Shown one piece after another: positions 31,126 to 41,903 of a stretch of DNA of 41,903 bases. Every line of letters starts with the position of its first letter. The first letter of the stretch is position 1. The stretch is from positions 1-41,903 of the forward strand of contig JWZX01003219.1 of assembly GCA_001275005.1 (NCBI GenBank). The letters are read 5' to 3'. The notes under the pieces were generated by a model. That model did no database searches, was not told the origin of the DNA, and saw only the letters and a program-made list of their open reading frames with translations. Source of the stretch: Chrysochromulina tobinii (taxonomy: Eukaryota). Both the position numbers and the translations under genes were made by a program.

Positions 31126-31434
31126 GTTTGCGCCGCGGACCTGCACACTTCTGCCACGTGGAATCGCGGTCATATCTGTCTACTTGAGCTCATCGGAATT
31201 TCTCATCTATTTTAATAATGCGGAATTCTACAACTGCTGCTGCTGCGGAATTCTGCTGCTATTGCTGTTCAACACAACGCGGCACACGCACCGGACCCCA
31301 AGCACGAGGGCCTGTTGCTAGGACGGAGGTGTGGCCGACACAACCCGTGCTAACATGTTTCTGCCACGTGTGGAATCGCGGTAATCTCTGCAGCTGTTGA
31401 ATCTCGTCTATCAATAATGCGGAATTTTTCAACT
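31121..31434. repeat. Degenerate direct duplication in a divergent promoter region
   Basis: AACATGTTT (31121, 31352), TTCTGCCACGTG[TG]GAATCGCGGT (31149, 31359) and TCTC.TCTAT..AATAATGCGGAATT...CAACT (31201, 31402) occur twice in the same order. Confidence 0.8.
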
Positions 31435-31590
31435 TACTGATTAGCTTTTCTGTGCGGAGCGCCGCAACGAGCGTTTCATAGAATGCGTGCTGAACTGGAA
31501 ACGTCTTTGATGTTGCTTTGCTTGCTTGCGTGTTGGGAGATTTCTCGGACGCTCGTTCACACCGAAGTGACGAATTCCTCGCAACATAAC

Positions 31591-34230
31591 ATGCGGCGCT
31601 CCCTGGCGAGGAACGCGCATAGTCCAATTTGGCTGGCATGGCTGCTGCTTCCGTCCGCCGCAGTCGCTCAGAACTGCACGTTGCAGGGCCTTTGCCCGCA
31701 GTATTTGAATATGTCAGCATACTGGGGCGAGGGGTGGGAGGAGCCTGTGACTCGGAATCTCGTCTACGACGCGCTGACGGTGGAGTTGGACGAGACTTCC
31801 GCGTTAATATACCCGAATTTGAACGACGAGTTGTTCGACTTCATCAGTTTCGAAGCGGGAACTGGACCTTTCGAAAGTTTGATGCACGATCCCTACACCC
31901 GCGTCCGTGGCAACGAATACTTTCAGGCACAACCTCTGCAAAGTTGGACACCACGCCACGACGCTGTGCAGCATGGGCACTTCATGCTCTACGAGGTGAA
32001 TGCCGAGGTCACGGACTTGGGCGTGGGCAATACGATGGAGGACTTCTCCTTTCAAATCACGTTCGACACGCACGTACACCCCGACTACGAGCAGGGCGTG
32101 GCACTCAACTATGATTCCAACAGCACGGTACGCTTCACGCTATACGAGTCGCTGTACATCAATGCGAGCTGGGATGCGGCGACGTCGAGCTACTTGGACT
32201 GGACTCGACCTCTGCCCGACTTGACAAACCCGGGCACGTTTCTAAACATGTTGAACCCGAACGAGAAAGTCTCAGTCACGCTTTCAGGCGGTAACGACTG
32301 GGACGTCGAGACACGTCGCCATCGGTTGACGTGGGGGTTTGGCAACAACGGCGCGGGCGTGCTGAATGCCGATTGCACGAAGCGTCCACTTCTACGGGCG
32401 CTGTACATTGGCGTGCAGTGCCTCTCGGGCTTCGCTTTCCCGCAGGGAGCGTGCACGGCTGACATGACCATCCGGCCGCAGCTTTACGACTGCCGGGCCT
32501 ACTGCCCATTTACGGTCGAGGTGCGCGCGATCCCGCGGCGTCTCACGTCCGATGTGCCGGTGCGGACGCTCGTGGGGCCGGGCCAGTGGCAAACGTTTGA
32601 GGTCGTCGTGGGCGAGTACGACTTGTTGGAGCTGACCATCGACCGCGCGGACTATGACAACACCACGTACCCCGAGTCGTGGCAGGACGGCTTCAGCGGG
32701 CGCGCGTGGCTGAGCAAGGGCAGCTGTATCCGCGGCGCGACCCTTGTCGAGACGGAGCACTTTGGCTACTGCCCGCATGGCAACAGCTATGCCAACCACA
32801 TGTGCACGCACGAGCGCAACTGGTCCATCGATGTTGTCTTCCCGCCCAGCCAATTGGCTGGAGGGCCCAACGCCACGTACGTGCTCGACGTGCACGTCGC
32901 GCCGGAGCTCGGCGTGCTCGACGATCGGGGATACCAGGCGCAGCTTGCAGACCTTGCGCGCGAGTACGAGCTGCTCGAGAACTCGTTGCACTACCCCACA
33001 CAGCTGCAGATCCGCGCTCGTATTGCTGCTAAGCAAGCCGTCGCCACCATGCTCAACAAGGCGAACGCGGACTGGCGGCGGCGCTGGCTGATGCGCATGT
33101 GCACGTCGCCGGCGGAGGCGGGCACGTACTACCTCACGATCTGGGGCAATCCGGCCATGGACCTGCAGGCTCACTCGGGTACGTTTTTGGTGAGGATGCA
33201 CAACCAGCACTTTGATCGCTCGCCGCTCGCCGATGGCATTGGAAGGCGAGGCTGCCTTAAGCGGGGTGGCTCCGAGAGCTACGTGCTGATGAGCATGCCA
33301 GGGTCCGAGCGCTCCTCGCTCGCGCTCGCAGAGGTGACGAGCTACCGTGTGAACACGCCGACCAATTTCCCAACGGCGTTCACCCTGCGGCGCGGCGCGG
33401 CGCCGACGGCGACCGTGTTCGATGTGAAGGTTGTGTACCCCCAGCCGATGAGGATCGCCATGTCGGCGTGCAACGTTGACGAGGCGCAGGCGTGGCATCT
33501 GAAGGTGAGCCTCGATCCCACGGTCAGCGCGACAGAGATCTACTTCACCCTGACAGCGACGCTCGAGGATGCGACGCATGCCCTCGGCGACTCTCTGAGC
33601 GGCTTCGTGTGCTGCGACCAGTACAAGTACTACGCGTTCACGAGCGTCCACGAGCGCGTTGCACCCTCAGTGGCCATGAACGTCACCTCTGGCCGGCTCA
33701 AGGCCATCTACTGGCGGTACGACTCGTGCCCTGTCGAGCCGAGGCACGTAGTCAGCGGGAGCTGCATAGGCTGGTGTATCGTCGACTGGTACCGCATCTT
33801 CTCCAGCAACATCGGTACACCGCGCTTCAAGTCCTCCTCGACGCTCACGGTGCCGTATGGCATGGGCGAGCTGCCCGACAAGCGACGCGGTGGCCGCTGG
33901 TATCTAGGCATCCAGGCGCTGGAGGGCCCCGCGACGTTTACGGCGATTACCACGTACAAGGGGCCGCCTCCCATCGTCGGGCAGAACGGCCTTCCTCTGC
34001 ATCCGGTCTCGGGCGGGATTTACGGGGCAAGTGGGTGCAGTCGGCTCGACCCCTACTGTCCGCCTGAGGACCCAGCTGATCGGTACCGAGACCTGGGCAC
34101 CAGCTCGGCACGGCGGCGGCTCGCGGGTGGCTCATGCTTCCTTCTGACGACGCTGCTGAGCATCGCGTTCAGCCTCTGCCTCAGCTGCAGTCGAGTCGGA
34201 TTGCGATGGAGGACACGCGGTCGTTTGTAA
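31591..34230 (+). CDS. Large secreted/surface protein with PPC-like repeats and a hydrophobic C-terminal anchor
   Basis: Signal-peptide-like IWLAWLLLPSAAVAQ, many NxS/T sites, motifs AGTYYLTIWG, TLRRGAAPT, GGRWYLGIQA, and a hydrophobic tail. Start may be 31510 or 31591. Confidence 0.75.
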   Translation: MRRSLARNAHSPIWLAWLLLPSAAVAQNCTLQGLCPQYLNMSAYWGEGWEEPVTRNLVYDALTVELDETSALIYPNLNDELFDFISFEAGTGPFESLMHDPYTRVRGNEYFQAQPLQSWTPRHDAVQHGHFMLYEVNAEVTDLGVGNTMEDFSFQITFDTHVHPDYEQGVALNYDSNSTVRFTLYESLYINASWDAATSSYLDWTRPLPDLTNPGTFLNMLNPNEKVSVTLSGGNDWDVETRRHRLTWGFGNNGAGVLNADCTKRPLLRALYIGVQCLSGFAFPQGACTADMTIRPQLYDCRAYCPFTVEVRAIPRRLTSDVPVRTLVGPGQWQTFEVVVGEYDLLELTIDRADYDNTTYPESWQDGFSGRAWLSKGSCIRGATLVETEHFGYCPHGNSYANHMCTHERNWSIDVVFPPSQLAGGPNATYVLDVHVAPELGVLDDRGYQAQLADLAREYELLENSLHYPTQLQIRARIAAKQAVATMLNKANADWRRRWLMRMCTSPAEAGTYYLTIWGNPAMDLQAHSGTFLVRMHNQHFDRSPLADGIGRRGCLKRGGSESYVLMSMPGSERSSLALAEVTSYRVNTPTNFPTAFTLRRGAAPTATVFDVKVVYPQPMRIAMSACNVDEAQAWHLKVSLDPTVSATEIYFTLTATLEDATHALGDSLSGFVCCDQYKYYAFTSVHERVAPSVAMNVTSGRLKAIYWRYDSCPVEPRHVVSGSCIGWCIVDWYRIFSSNIGTPRFKSSSTLTVPYGMGELPDKRRGGRWYLGIQALEGPATFTAITTYKGPPPIVGQNGLPLHPVSGGIYGASGCSRLDPYCPPEDPADRYRDLGTSSARRRLAGGSCFLLTTLLSIAFSLCLSCSRVGLRWRTRGRL

Positions 34231-34668
34231 TAGCTTAGAGCGTACCTCCAGGTGGAACAGTATAGCTGTATAGGTTGCGCGGTAGGCTCGCCGTACACTA
34301 CAACTTGGTGACACCACGCCCCTCCCGGGGTTGTCGCGCGCGCACTCACCAGACTGCATGTGTAGCTCTGATGAACAGCAAGTCAAGTCAAACACGCGAC
34401 CAAGCTCACCCTCGTCCCTCCCCCACTCCCCCCACAACCCTCACTGGTGCTCACGCACCACGCAAGAGTGACCCCGGATTTCACACGACACTCGAGACAT
34501 ACATGTACTGACCTGGCAGATGTCCCCAGCCCCCTTCCGAATCGCCCCCCCCCTTCGTACGGCCGCGGACGTGAGCAATTTTCTGTGGAATGTCTTCATT
34601 TTTTTTTGTATGTTTACGGCAAGTTTCGTTCTGTGTGCTTTCATGGACGATTGCTGAGCACCTGGCCT

Positions 34669-37600
34669 ATGGACGAGACAGGCCGCCCGATTTTCCGCGT
34701 GCCGTCGGAGCACGCAACGGTCGCGGCAGCGCTGGCCTTGGCCTCCGAAGTGCGCGGTACCGTTGTCATCGGGGCGGGCGTGTTTCGTGAAGCCGCCACG
34801 CTCAAGGTCTGCGCTGGCGTCACGGTCGAGGGCATCGGCGAGGCGACAGTGCTCGAGAGCGCCACGCACACGGTCATCGCGTGCGCCGACGGCGCCGAGC
34901 GCGTTGCGAATATGTGCATCCGCCAGATTGACGACGACACCACCGAGCCGGTCTTTGGCATCGAGCTGCGTGGGAAGACGGTCGTCGAGCGATGCCAGAT
35001 CAGTGCTCGCTCCCGCACCAAGAACTCTGCCGGGGTGCTGGCGCGAGGAAGCTCATCCGCGCCGACGCTGCGCGGCTGCACTGTGCACGATTGTGGTCAG
35101 TCGGGTGTGTTGTTGGCCACGGGCGCTCGCTCCTCCCTGCTGCAATGCACTTTGCGCTCTTGCGGCGGCTGTGCGTCGCTCGTGCTCGGCAATTGCGTCC
35201 TCGACCTGGAGGGCTGCGTGCTCACAGGGTGCGCTGAGAGCGCGGTATTGGTGGTTGGGCACGCGGCGGCAACCCTCGTCGGCTGCAAACTTGTCGGCAA
35301 CGGCGGCGGCGCTGGTCTCGCAACCGTTTCCATCAAGGCGGCGGGCGGCGCATCCGGTCGTCTTGGTATGAGGGATTGCATCGTGGCCGAGGGCAGCGGT
35401 GTAGGCGTGCAGCTCTCGGATGGTGCCGAGGCAAGCATCGCCAAGTGCTCGATCCGTGGGTGCGTCAAGGCGGGAGTTGCAGCCAAGGCGGCAGGCAAAT
35501 TGCAGCTCCTCGACTGCGATATTTCCGAGGGCGCCGCCGCGGGCGTGTTGGTGATGCTGCCGGGGCCGAGTGCGATGATCAAAGGCAACACGCTACGGGC
35601 CAACGGCAAGGCGGCGCTGCAAGTGTCCGCGGGTGCGTCGCCCACGCTGCACTCGAACCGCATCCTCGACGGGCATGGACCGGGCATCTACATCTTTGAT
35701 GGCGCCGCGGCACAGCTGCTGCACAACCACATCAGTGGCTGCGCAGGCCCCGGCATCAAGGTTGAGGGGAGTGCCCCATTGCTCGAACGCAACACGGTGT
35801 GCGCGGGTGCGGACGTTGGGATTGTAATCTCGGGCACTGTGCCGCGCGCTGGCGGCGCGCCCGACGAGTGCGCCGCCCACGCCGGCTCCACAGAGGAGTA
35901 CACTGGCACAGGCGACGGAACCGGCACTGGCACTGGCACTGGCACTGGCGGTGTGCTGCTGGTCGAAAGGGTGTCCGCGGAGACGAGCAATGCCATGCGA
36001 GCGAAGGAGTCGACAGGCAGCGCTCAAGGCGGCGCGGCGGATGAGATCGGTGCGCTCAAGCAACCAGCCCCTGAGGCAGCGCTCAAGAAGGCGCTCGCGC
36101 ATGAGGTCGACGTGCGAGCTGTCGAGACGGCGCCGTCGTGTGCGCCGAGCCTCACGACGGCGCAAGTGGCCACGGCGCAGCAAAGGCCAGCGAGCATGGC
36201 CGATCGGTTGGCGGCAGCGGCGGCGGCCGCAAGCGCCGCGGCCGCCGAGAGGGCGGCGCGGCGCGAAGCACAGCTGCGCGGGAACGAGGTGTACGGTAAC
36301 GCCAAGTGCGGCTTGCTGATCACTTCGGGCGCGTGCCCGTGGGTAGAGGGCAACCTCTTTCGAGATGGTATGGCGGCAGGCGTGCTCGTGAACGCTAAGG
36401 GCGGTGGCGTGCTCCGCGGCAACGAGCTGCGCGGGCATGCGAAGACGGAGCTGCAGCTCACTGACGCGGGCACGGCGCCGCACGTGGACAATAACCTAAT
36501 GCACGCGTCCCAAGCGGGGGGTATCCTTGTATTCGGGGGGGCGGGCGGCCTCTTCCGCTCCAACACGGTGTACTCGAATGCATCAGCCAACGTGCGGCTT
36601 GCGGAGGGCTCGGACGGCGCGCTTCGAGGGTAATACGATCAAGGAGGGGCAGGACTGCGGGATGGCTATCTGCTCAGGTTGCACCTCGGTCCTCATTGAC
36701 AACACAATCGTGAGCCATCGCAAGGCTGGCTGCCTGATCTACGGCACCAGGACCCATCCGACGCTCCTGCGCAACCTGATCGAGCACTCAGAGCAGGCCG
36801 GCGTGTACCTGTATGCCGGCGCCAAGGCGACCATTGAAGACAACGAGGTGCGCGGCAACGCTGGGCCGGGGATCTTGATCACGGAGAAGGCGGACCCTCT
36901 CGTGCAGCGCAACGACATTCACTCGGGTGACGACGCGGGCGTGCTCGCACATGAGCAGGGTCTGGGCACAGTGCTACACAACAACGTGTACAATAATCGC
37001 ACCTTTGGGGTCGTCGTGCTCACGGGCGGGCGCACGGTGGTACGGGCCAATTGGCTGCACGGGCGGCGGCAGGGCGGTCTACTTGTTGACGAGGGCGGCA
37101 TGCCCGAAGTGTTTGAGAACGACATAGAGGGGAACACCAAGGCGGGCATCATGCTGCGCGGTGCGTGCACGCCGCACATCCATCACAACAAAGTGCATCA
37201 TGGGCGCGATGCGGGCATCCATTGCACCGAGGGCGCAGGCGGTACCATCGAGGAGAACGACGTGTACGAAAACGAGCACGCGGGCATCGGGGTCGAGAAG
37301 GGCGCGGCGCCGCTCATCCGACGAAACCGGATCTATAACGGCAAGCAGGCGGGCGCCTTCTACTTTGACGGTGGGCTAGGCACGTTTGAGGAGAACGAGG
37401 TGTGGGGAAATGAGGAAGCAGGCGTGCAGATCATTGAGGCTTCCGATCCGCTCGTGCAGCGCAACCAACTCCGCAAGCAGGCGCTCGCGGACTTGCTACT
37501 CAAGCCGATGGCTGCCGAGCGCGAGAACCCGCACGAGAAAGTGGCCAAGCATGGAGCGAGGCATAAGGACATTGCGCCGCTCTGGGTCCACTCGGGGGGT

Positions 37601-39703
37601 AAAGGGGATGTGCGGGACAATGACATCTACGAGTCGGACTGGCACGGGGTGGCGATAGGCTCGCAGGCGACGCCGTTACTCCAAAGGAATCGCATCCACA
37701 ACAACCGCAGGTCGGGCGTGTTCATTGAGGATGGTGCGGCGCCTTTTTTGCTCGAGAATGATGTTCACCACAACTGGGTCGGCGTCGAGGTCATCGAGCA
37801 TGCCGAGCCAACGCTGCGCGGCAATAAGATCCACCACATGCGGCTGGGTGGCCTGTGGGTGTACAAGGAAGCACGTGGGCTGTACGAGGGCAACGAGATC
37901 TGCCACAATGCCAAGGCTGGCGTGCGCGTGTGGGCCCTGGGCGACCCGACGCTCCAGGGCAACAAGATTCACTCGGGAAAGACGTGCGGCGTCCTCGTGT
38001 ACGAGTGCGGAAAGGGGCATTTTGTGGACAATGACATCTACAATCACAAAGAGTGGAACGTCGAGGTGAAGCGCTTTGCCACTCCACTTTTTGAGAAGAA
38101 CCGCATCTATGGCGCGCACATGGGCGGAGTCTACTGTCACGGCGGCGGCGGCATCGGCGCGTTCACGTCCGACTTCACGAACCGCGACTCGGCGATCACG
38201 CGCTTCACACTACAGAACAATGACATCTATGCCAATTTTGGAGTAGGCGTCTCGATCGGTAATGACGGTGTGCCAGTGATCAAGGGCAACCGCTTCTATG
38301 GAGGGCAGACCGCCGCCATCTACGTGGCGGGCGACAAGGCACAGGGCACGATCACGGACAACGAGATCTACGAGAACAAGGACGGCATCGTGTTGCGTGA
38401 AGGCGCGATGCCACACGTGGAGCGCAACAGCATCCACCACCAGACGCGCCGCGGCGTGATCGTGTGCGCCAAGGGACAGGGCATGCTCGTAGAGAACGAG
38501 ATCTCGCACAGCGGCACGTACAATGTGGAGGTGCGCGGCGAGAAGCCCAAGGTGGTGCCCTCCGGCCTGGCGGCTCTTGAGCTCGAGAGGAAGAAGAAGC
38601 TGTACGCGGCCATGGGGTTGCTCGTCCCGCTGCCCAAGAACGGCGTCACGATCGCAGGATTGCTCACCGATGAGTCGGGACGCACCTCGGTGCACTTCCG
38701 CCACAACCGGCTCGTGGGCGGTGGCCTCGGCTCTGTGTACCTCGCCGACTACTCGAAAGGCTATCTGAAGGGCAACTCGATCTCCGAGTGCTCGGGCACG
38801 GGCGTCGTAGTGGGCGTAGGCGCAGACCCAGAAGTGTCGGACAATGTGATCAGCACGTGCGCGCAGTACGGGCTGCATGTGCATCCAGGCGGGCGAGGGC
38901 GCTTCCAAGCGAACAAGATCTCGCAGAGTGCGTCCGCGGGCGTGTGCATCGAGGCCGAGGCCACCTCTGACCTGCGCGCGAACGATATCTTCGACAATGA
39001 CGAACAGGGGCTGCTCATTCGCATGGGCGCTTTGTGCCGTGTAACGGCGAACACGATGCGCGGCAACGGCACGTCAGGCATCGAAATCGACGGCGAGAGC
39101 TTGTGCCAGCTGCGCGACAATGATCTGTATGGCAATAAGGGCTGTGGGCTGCTCGTGCGCGCAGCCTCGGAGTTGGTCGTCGCGAACAACGAGATGCGGG
39201 AGAACGGGTCGGCAGGCGTGCTACTCGTCGAGGGCGCCAACCCGCTGCTGGCCAAGAACCTGGTGCGTCACAACGGAACCAACGGCGTGCGTTGCGAGAG
39301 CGGCGCGAAGGGGCGCCTTGAACGCAATGTCATCGAGGAGAACGGCGCGTCGGGCATCTATGCGGAATTGGGCTGTAGCCCAACTATCGGCGAGAATAGT
39401 GTGCAGCGCAATGAAGATGGCGAGGGCGCCATGGGCGCTACCGTGCTCACGGCCGGTGACGAGGAGGCGGCCGCAGCAGGCTTGGGCGCCCTCGCCGACG
39501 CCATGCGCGTGGCCAAGCTCGCTGCAGATGCCGAGGCGGCCGTGCAGGAGGCGGCCATCCATCGCGAGCGAGCGGAGCAGGCAATGGAGGCCCCCGAGGA
39601 GCCCACCGAGCCCTCCGAGCTTCAGAAGCTCAAAGAGCAGCGTCGGGCAGCGCGACTGGCGCTGAAGGCCAAGGAGGTGGCCGACGCGGCCATCGCGTCA
39701 TGA
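34669..39703 (+). CDS. Giant right-handed parallel beta-helix (PbH1/CASH, FBXO11-like repeat) protein, ~1677 aa, +1 frameshift at ~36616
   Basis: Dozens of ~23-aa repeats of the form GV.v..ga.p.i..N.I..n. ATG at 34669. Removing one G joins ORFs 34447..36633 and 36527..39703 (...EGSD-RFEGNTIK). Confidence 0.85.
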
Positions 39704-40204
39704 CACATTAGTGCACCGCACCGCGGTCGCGGAGCCGTTCTTGTCGCTGACACCACCTGTGCACGTATAGGCCATCCTGTACTTCGCTTTATCGCCGCCC
39801 GCATGATTACTGCCGTGCCCTGCACACCTGACGCACCCTGCTTGAAGGAAGGCATACATGACGCACCCGAGCTCACGGGCCACATTCAGCCTCGATTTGA
39901 TCGCTGGGGCGGCGGCGGCGCGCGGCGAAGCTCGCTCCTGCTCCCGTTGGAGGCGCCGGTTCCTCGAGGTCGAGCGTCGACTGATGTCGGAAGCCCCCCG
40001 GCCCCTGATGGCTTTCATCAGTGTTCAATCCCGGCACTTGGCTGTTGACCAATACCACAGTACACGCCTTGTATGCCTGGGGGTATCCCGCTCGGGTACC
40101 GTACCCCTCGCCTCGCCGACGTGTACGCTGCCCCCGGATCGAGCGGCCGTGTGACTGCGACGCTGTTGCGTTCTTGGGGCTCTCGGTCTCGCCGGTACGT
40201 GCGT

Positions 40205-40225
40205 TTACTTACTTACTTACTTACT
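40205..40225 (+). repeat. (TTAC)5 microsatellite
   Basis: Directly visible in intergenic DNA. Confidence 0.9.
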
Positions 40226-40436
40226 GGCAACTATCGGACTACGGCCATACCACCTGGTCTTGACCTAACACAGACACCCACCTCTACTTACATACGAACA
40301 CGGTTGTTTAACGTAGAGTGACTCACGTGTCCTCGGTCACGATGATTGTGCCCCCGCCCAGCACAACGATCCCATCTTGCCCGATCCCCCCCTCACGCTA
40401 CAGGCTTCGCCCTCCATCGGCGAGCGCGGCATCTAT

Positions 40437-41642
40437 TTACTGGCCGTGCTGCTTACCGCCGACGATACTCTCGCGCATCTTCTCCCACTTCTCCTGCTCC
40501 TGGTCCAATTGCGACTCGGCGGCTTTCCGCGCGTCCAAATACGGTTTGGACGTTCCATGCATAGCGTCGAGCCATCCGATATTGCCGTAGCAGCAGTTGA
40601 ATTTGCCGTGGTGAAAGTCGTGGAAGTCGGGCTGTTCGTCGAAGCCGGCAATCCATGGCAGCCGGTAGCCCGAGTGGTGCGTCTGCGTGCCCAGGCACGC
40701 GCCGATGATCCACATGAACACGAAGAAGATGTGCGGCCGGAAGACAACGAAACCCGCTGTGAATGGGATCAAGTCCGCTACTATCAGCTCGATGGGGTGC
40801 GCATGCACCGCTGCGAGGGCAAAGGGCGCGGTGAACTCGTGGTGGATCTTGTGGATGCGCTTGTACAGCGAGCCCTTGTGCAGCGCCCAGTGCACGTAGA
40901 AGAAAAGCACCTCGTTGACGAGCAGATGGGCCACCAACATCCAAGCGCGCTCTGAATAGGGCGGAAGCGGAGCGAGCGCGATCACGCCCTTGGTGCCGCG
41001 CGAGGCCACCGTGATGTGCGTGAGCGCGAGCACATACGGCAGCCCGAGCGTGGTCAGCTCAAATATCGACACACCCACGACGCGCGCAATGCGCGACGTG
41101 TCGATGCGCTTCTGCGGCTGGAGTTTGTATGGCGCGGCCGCGTTGATCGCTGGGCTCCACAGCTCGAGCGGCAGCAGCAAGGCACCATGCACGAGATAGG
41201 GCACCAAGAAGCAGCAGAACGCATAGACGCCCAGAATGTATCCCGCGTACCCATCGTACACGTCGCCCCAGCGGCTGATGACGCCAGCCATGAATTCGTC
41301 AAAGGAGCGATCGTCGACTGATGCAAAGAAGAGCGCGACAAGCCACGCCACCGGCGAGTTGCCACACATGGAGATCATGAAAAAATTGGTGAAGCAAGCG
41401 CACGCGGCCTCCAGCGGGTCGGCGGAGGCCTCCTCCCAGACGGCAGCCAACATCTGCCCTCGGCTGCTCCAGCCAACAGAGTCTGTGCGCCGCTGCTTGG
41501 CGAGCATGTAGAGGGACACCGCGGCGACGCACCCACCCTGAGTGACATCCCACGCCACGCGGCGTGCCAGATATCTGCGACGGCGCTGGAGAGGCGACGG
41601 CCCAAGCTGGGCGAGGGTCTTGGTACCAAAAGATGGTGGCAT
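40437..41642 (-). CDS. Fatty acid hydroxylase / sterol desaturase superfamily enzyme, C-4 methylsterol oxidase (ERG25/SMO)-like
   Basis: His boxes HWALH, HKIHH, HHSGY and [37 protein letters not shown]...[10 protein letters not shown] segments. Start uncertain. Confidence 0.88.
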   Translation of the reverse strand: MPPSFGTKTLAQLGPSPLQRRRRYLARRVAWDVTQGGCVAAVSLYMLAKQRRTDSVGWSSRGQMLAAVWEEASADPLEAACACFTNFFMISMCGNSPVAWLVALFFASVDDRSFDEFMAGVISRWGDVYDGYAGYILGVYAFCCFLVPYLVHGALLLPLELWSPAINAAAPYKLQPQKRIDTSRIARVVGVSIFELTTLGLPYVLALTHITVASRGTKGVIALAPLPPYSERAWMLVAHLLVNEVLFFYVHWALHKGSLYKRIHKIHHEFTAPFALAAVHAHPIELIVADLIPFTAGFVVFRPHIFFVFMWIIGACLGTQTHHSGYRLPWIAGFDEQPDFHDFHHGKFNCCYGNIGWLDAMHGTSKPYLDARKAAESQLDQEQEKWEKMRESIVGGKQHGQ

Positions 41643-41903
41643 TTTTCTGGCGATCACCCGCCGCGCGACCGGCAATTTTCCCACACAGTTTCGTCGGATC
41701 GTCGCGGTCCCCCGTCAGTCACAATGGACGGCTCCGCACCCCTCGGTGTACACAAGTACTGAGTACTCGCTCTCTCGGGCTACTCAATTATGCTAGTGAG
41801 GACTGAGGTTGGCCTCTCCCGCGCGCAGGCCCCGCAGGGTGTTCCCTGTCGCTTGCTGCCCTACGCTGCCGGGCGGGATTGTGATAGGCAATCAGGTGGG
41901 GGG

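Noticed and set aside
8699..31215. Long antisense or alternate-frame ORFs (e.g. 8699..9787, 18458..19957, 22208..23002, 29917..31215)
   Set aside because: Shadows of real genes caused by high GC and codon bias; no protein motifs.
20160..36633. Programmed +1 ribosomal frameshifting
   Set aside because: No shared slippery sequence or adjacent stop codon across the sites; single-base run extensions fit sequencing error better.
40205..40225. Telomere-like repeat
   Set aside because: Short internal (TTAC)5 microsatellite, not a TTAGGG-type repeat.

Overview
A GC-rich, gene-dense eukaryotic nuclear window with about 21 protein genes, short spliceosomal introns and many head-to-head gene pairs. 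Short bipartite plastid-targeting leaders and the TGATTGCC/TGCATGC-type intronic repeats suggest a haptophyte alga such as Chrysochromulina (inference, not verified). Recognisable genes: an adrenodoxin-type 2Fe-2S ferredoxin, a GT34-like glycosyltransferase, a divergent pair of plastid-type class II and class I fructose-bisphosphate aldolases, a small Tim chaperone, a Tousled-like kinase, a TPR protein, an FKBP fusion, a ~1650-aa GT8 (GAUT-like) + sulfotransferase + putative glycoside hydrolase fusion, a Cj0069-family ATP-grasp protein, a giant right-handed beta-helix protein and a sterol desaturase/methyl-oxidase family enzyme. The strongest sequence-level signal is a class of introns that carry a 24-46 bp copy of the flanking exon/junction plus a short repetitive core, including one made of three tandem 66-bp GT..AG units. 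These look like recent intron gains. Several single-base +1 frameshifts look like assembly errors. No rRNA, tRNA, CRISPR array or transposase was recognised.
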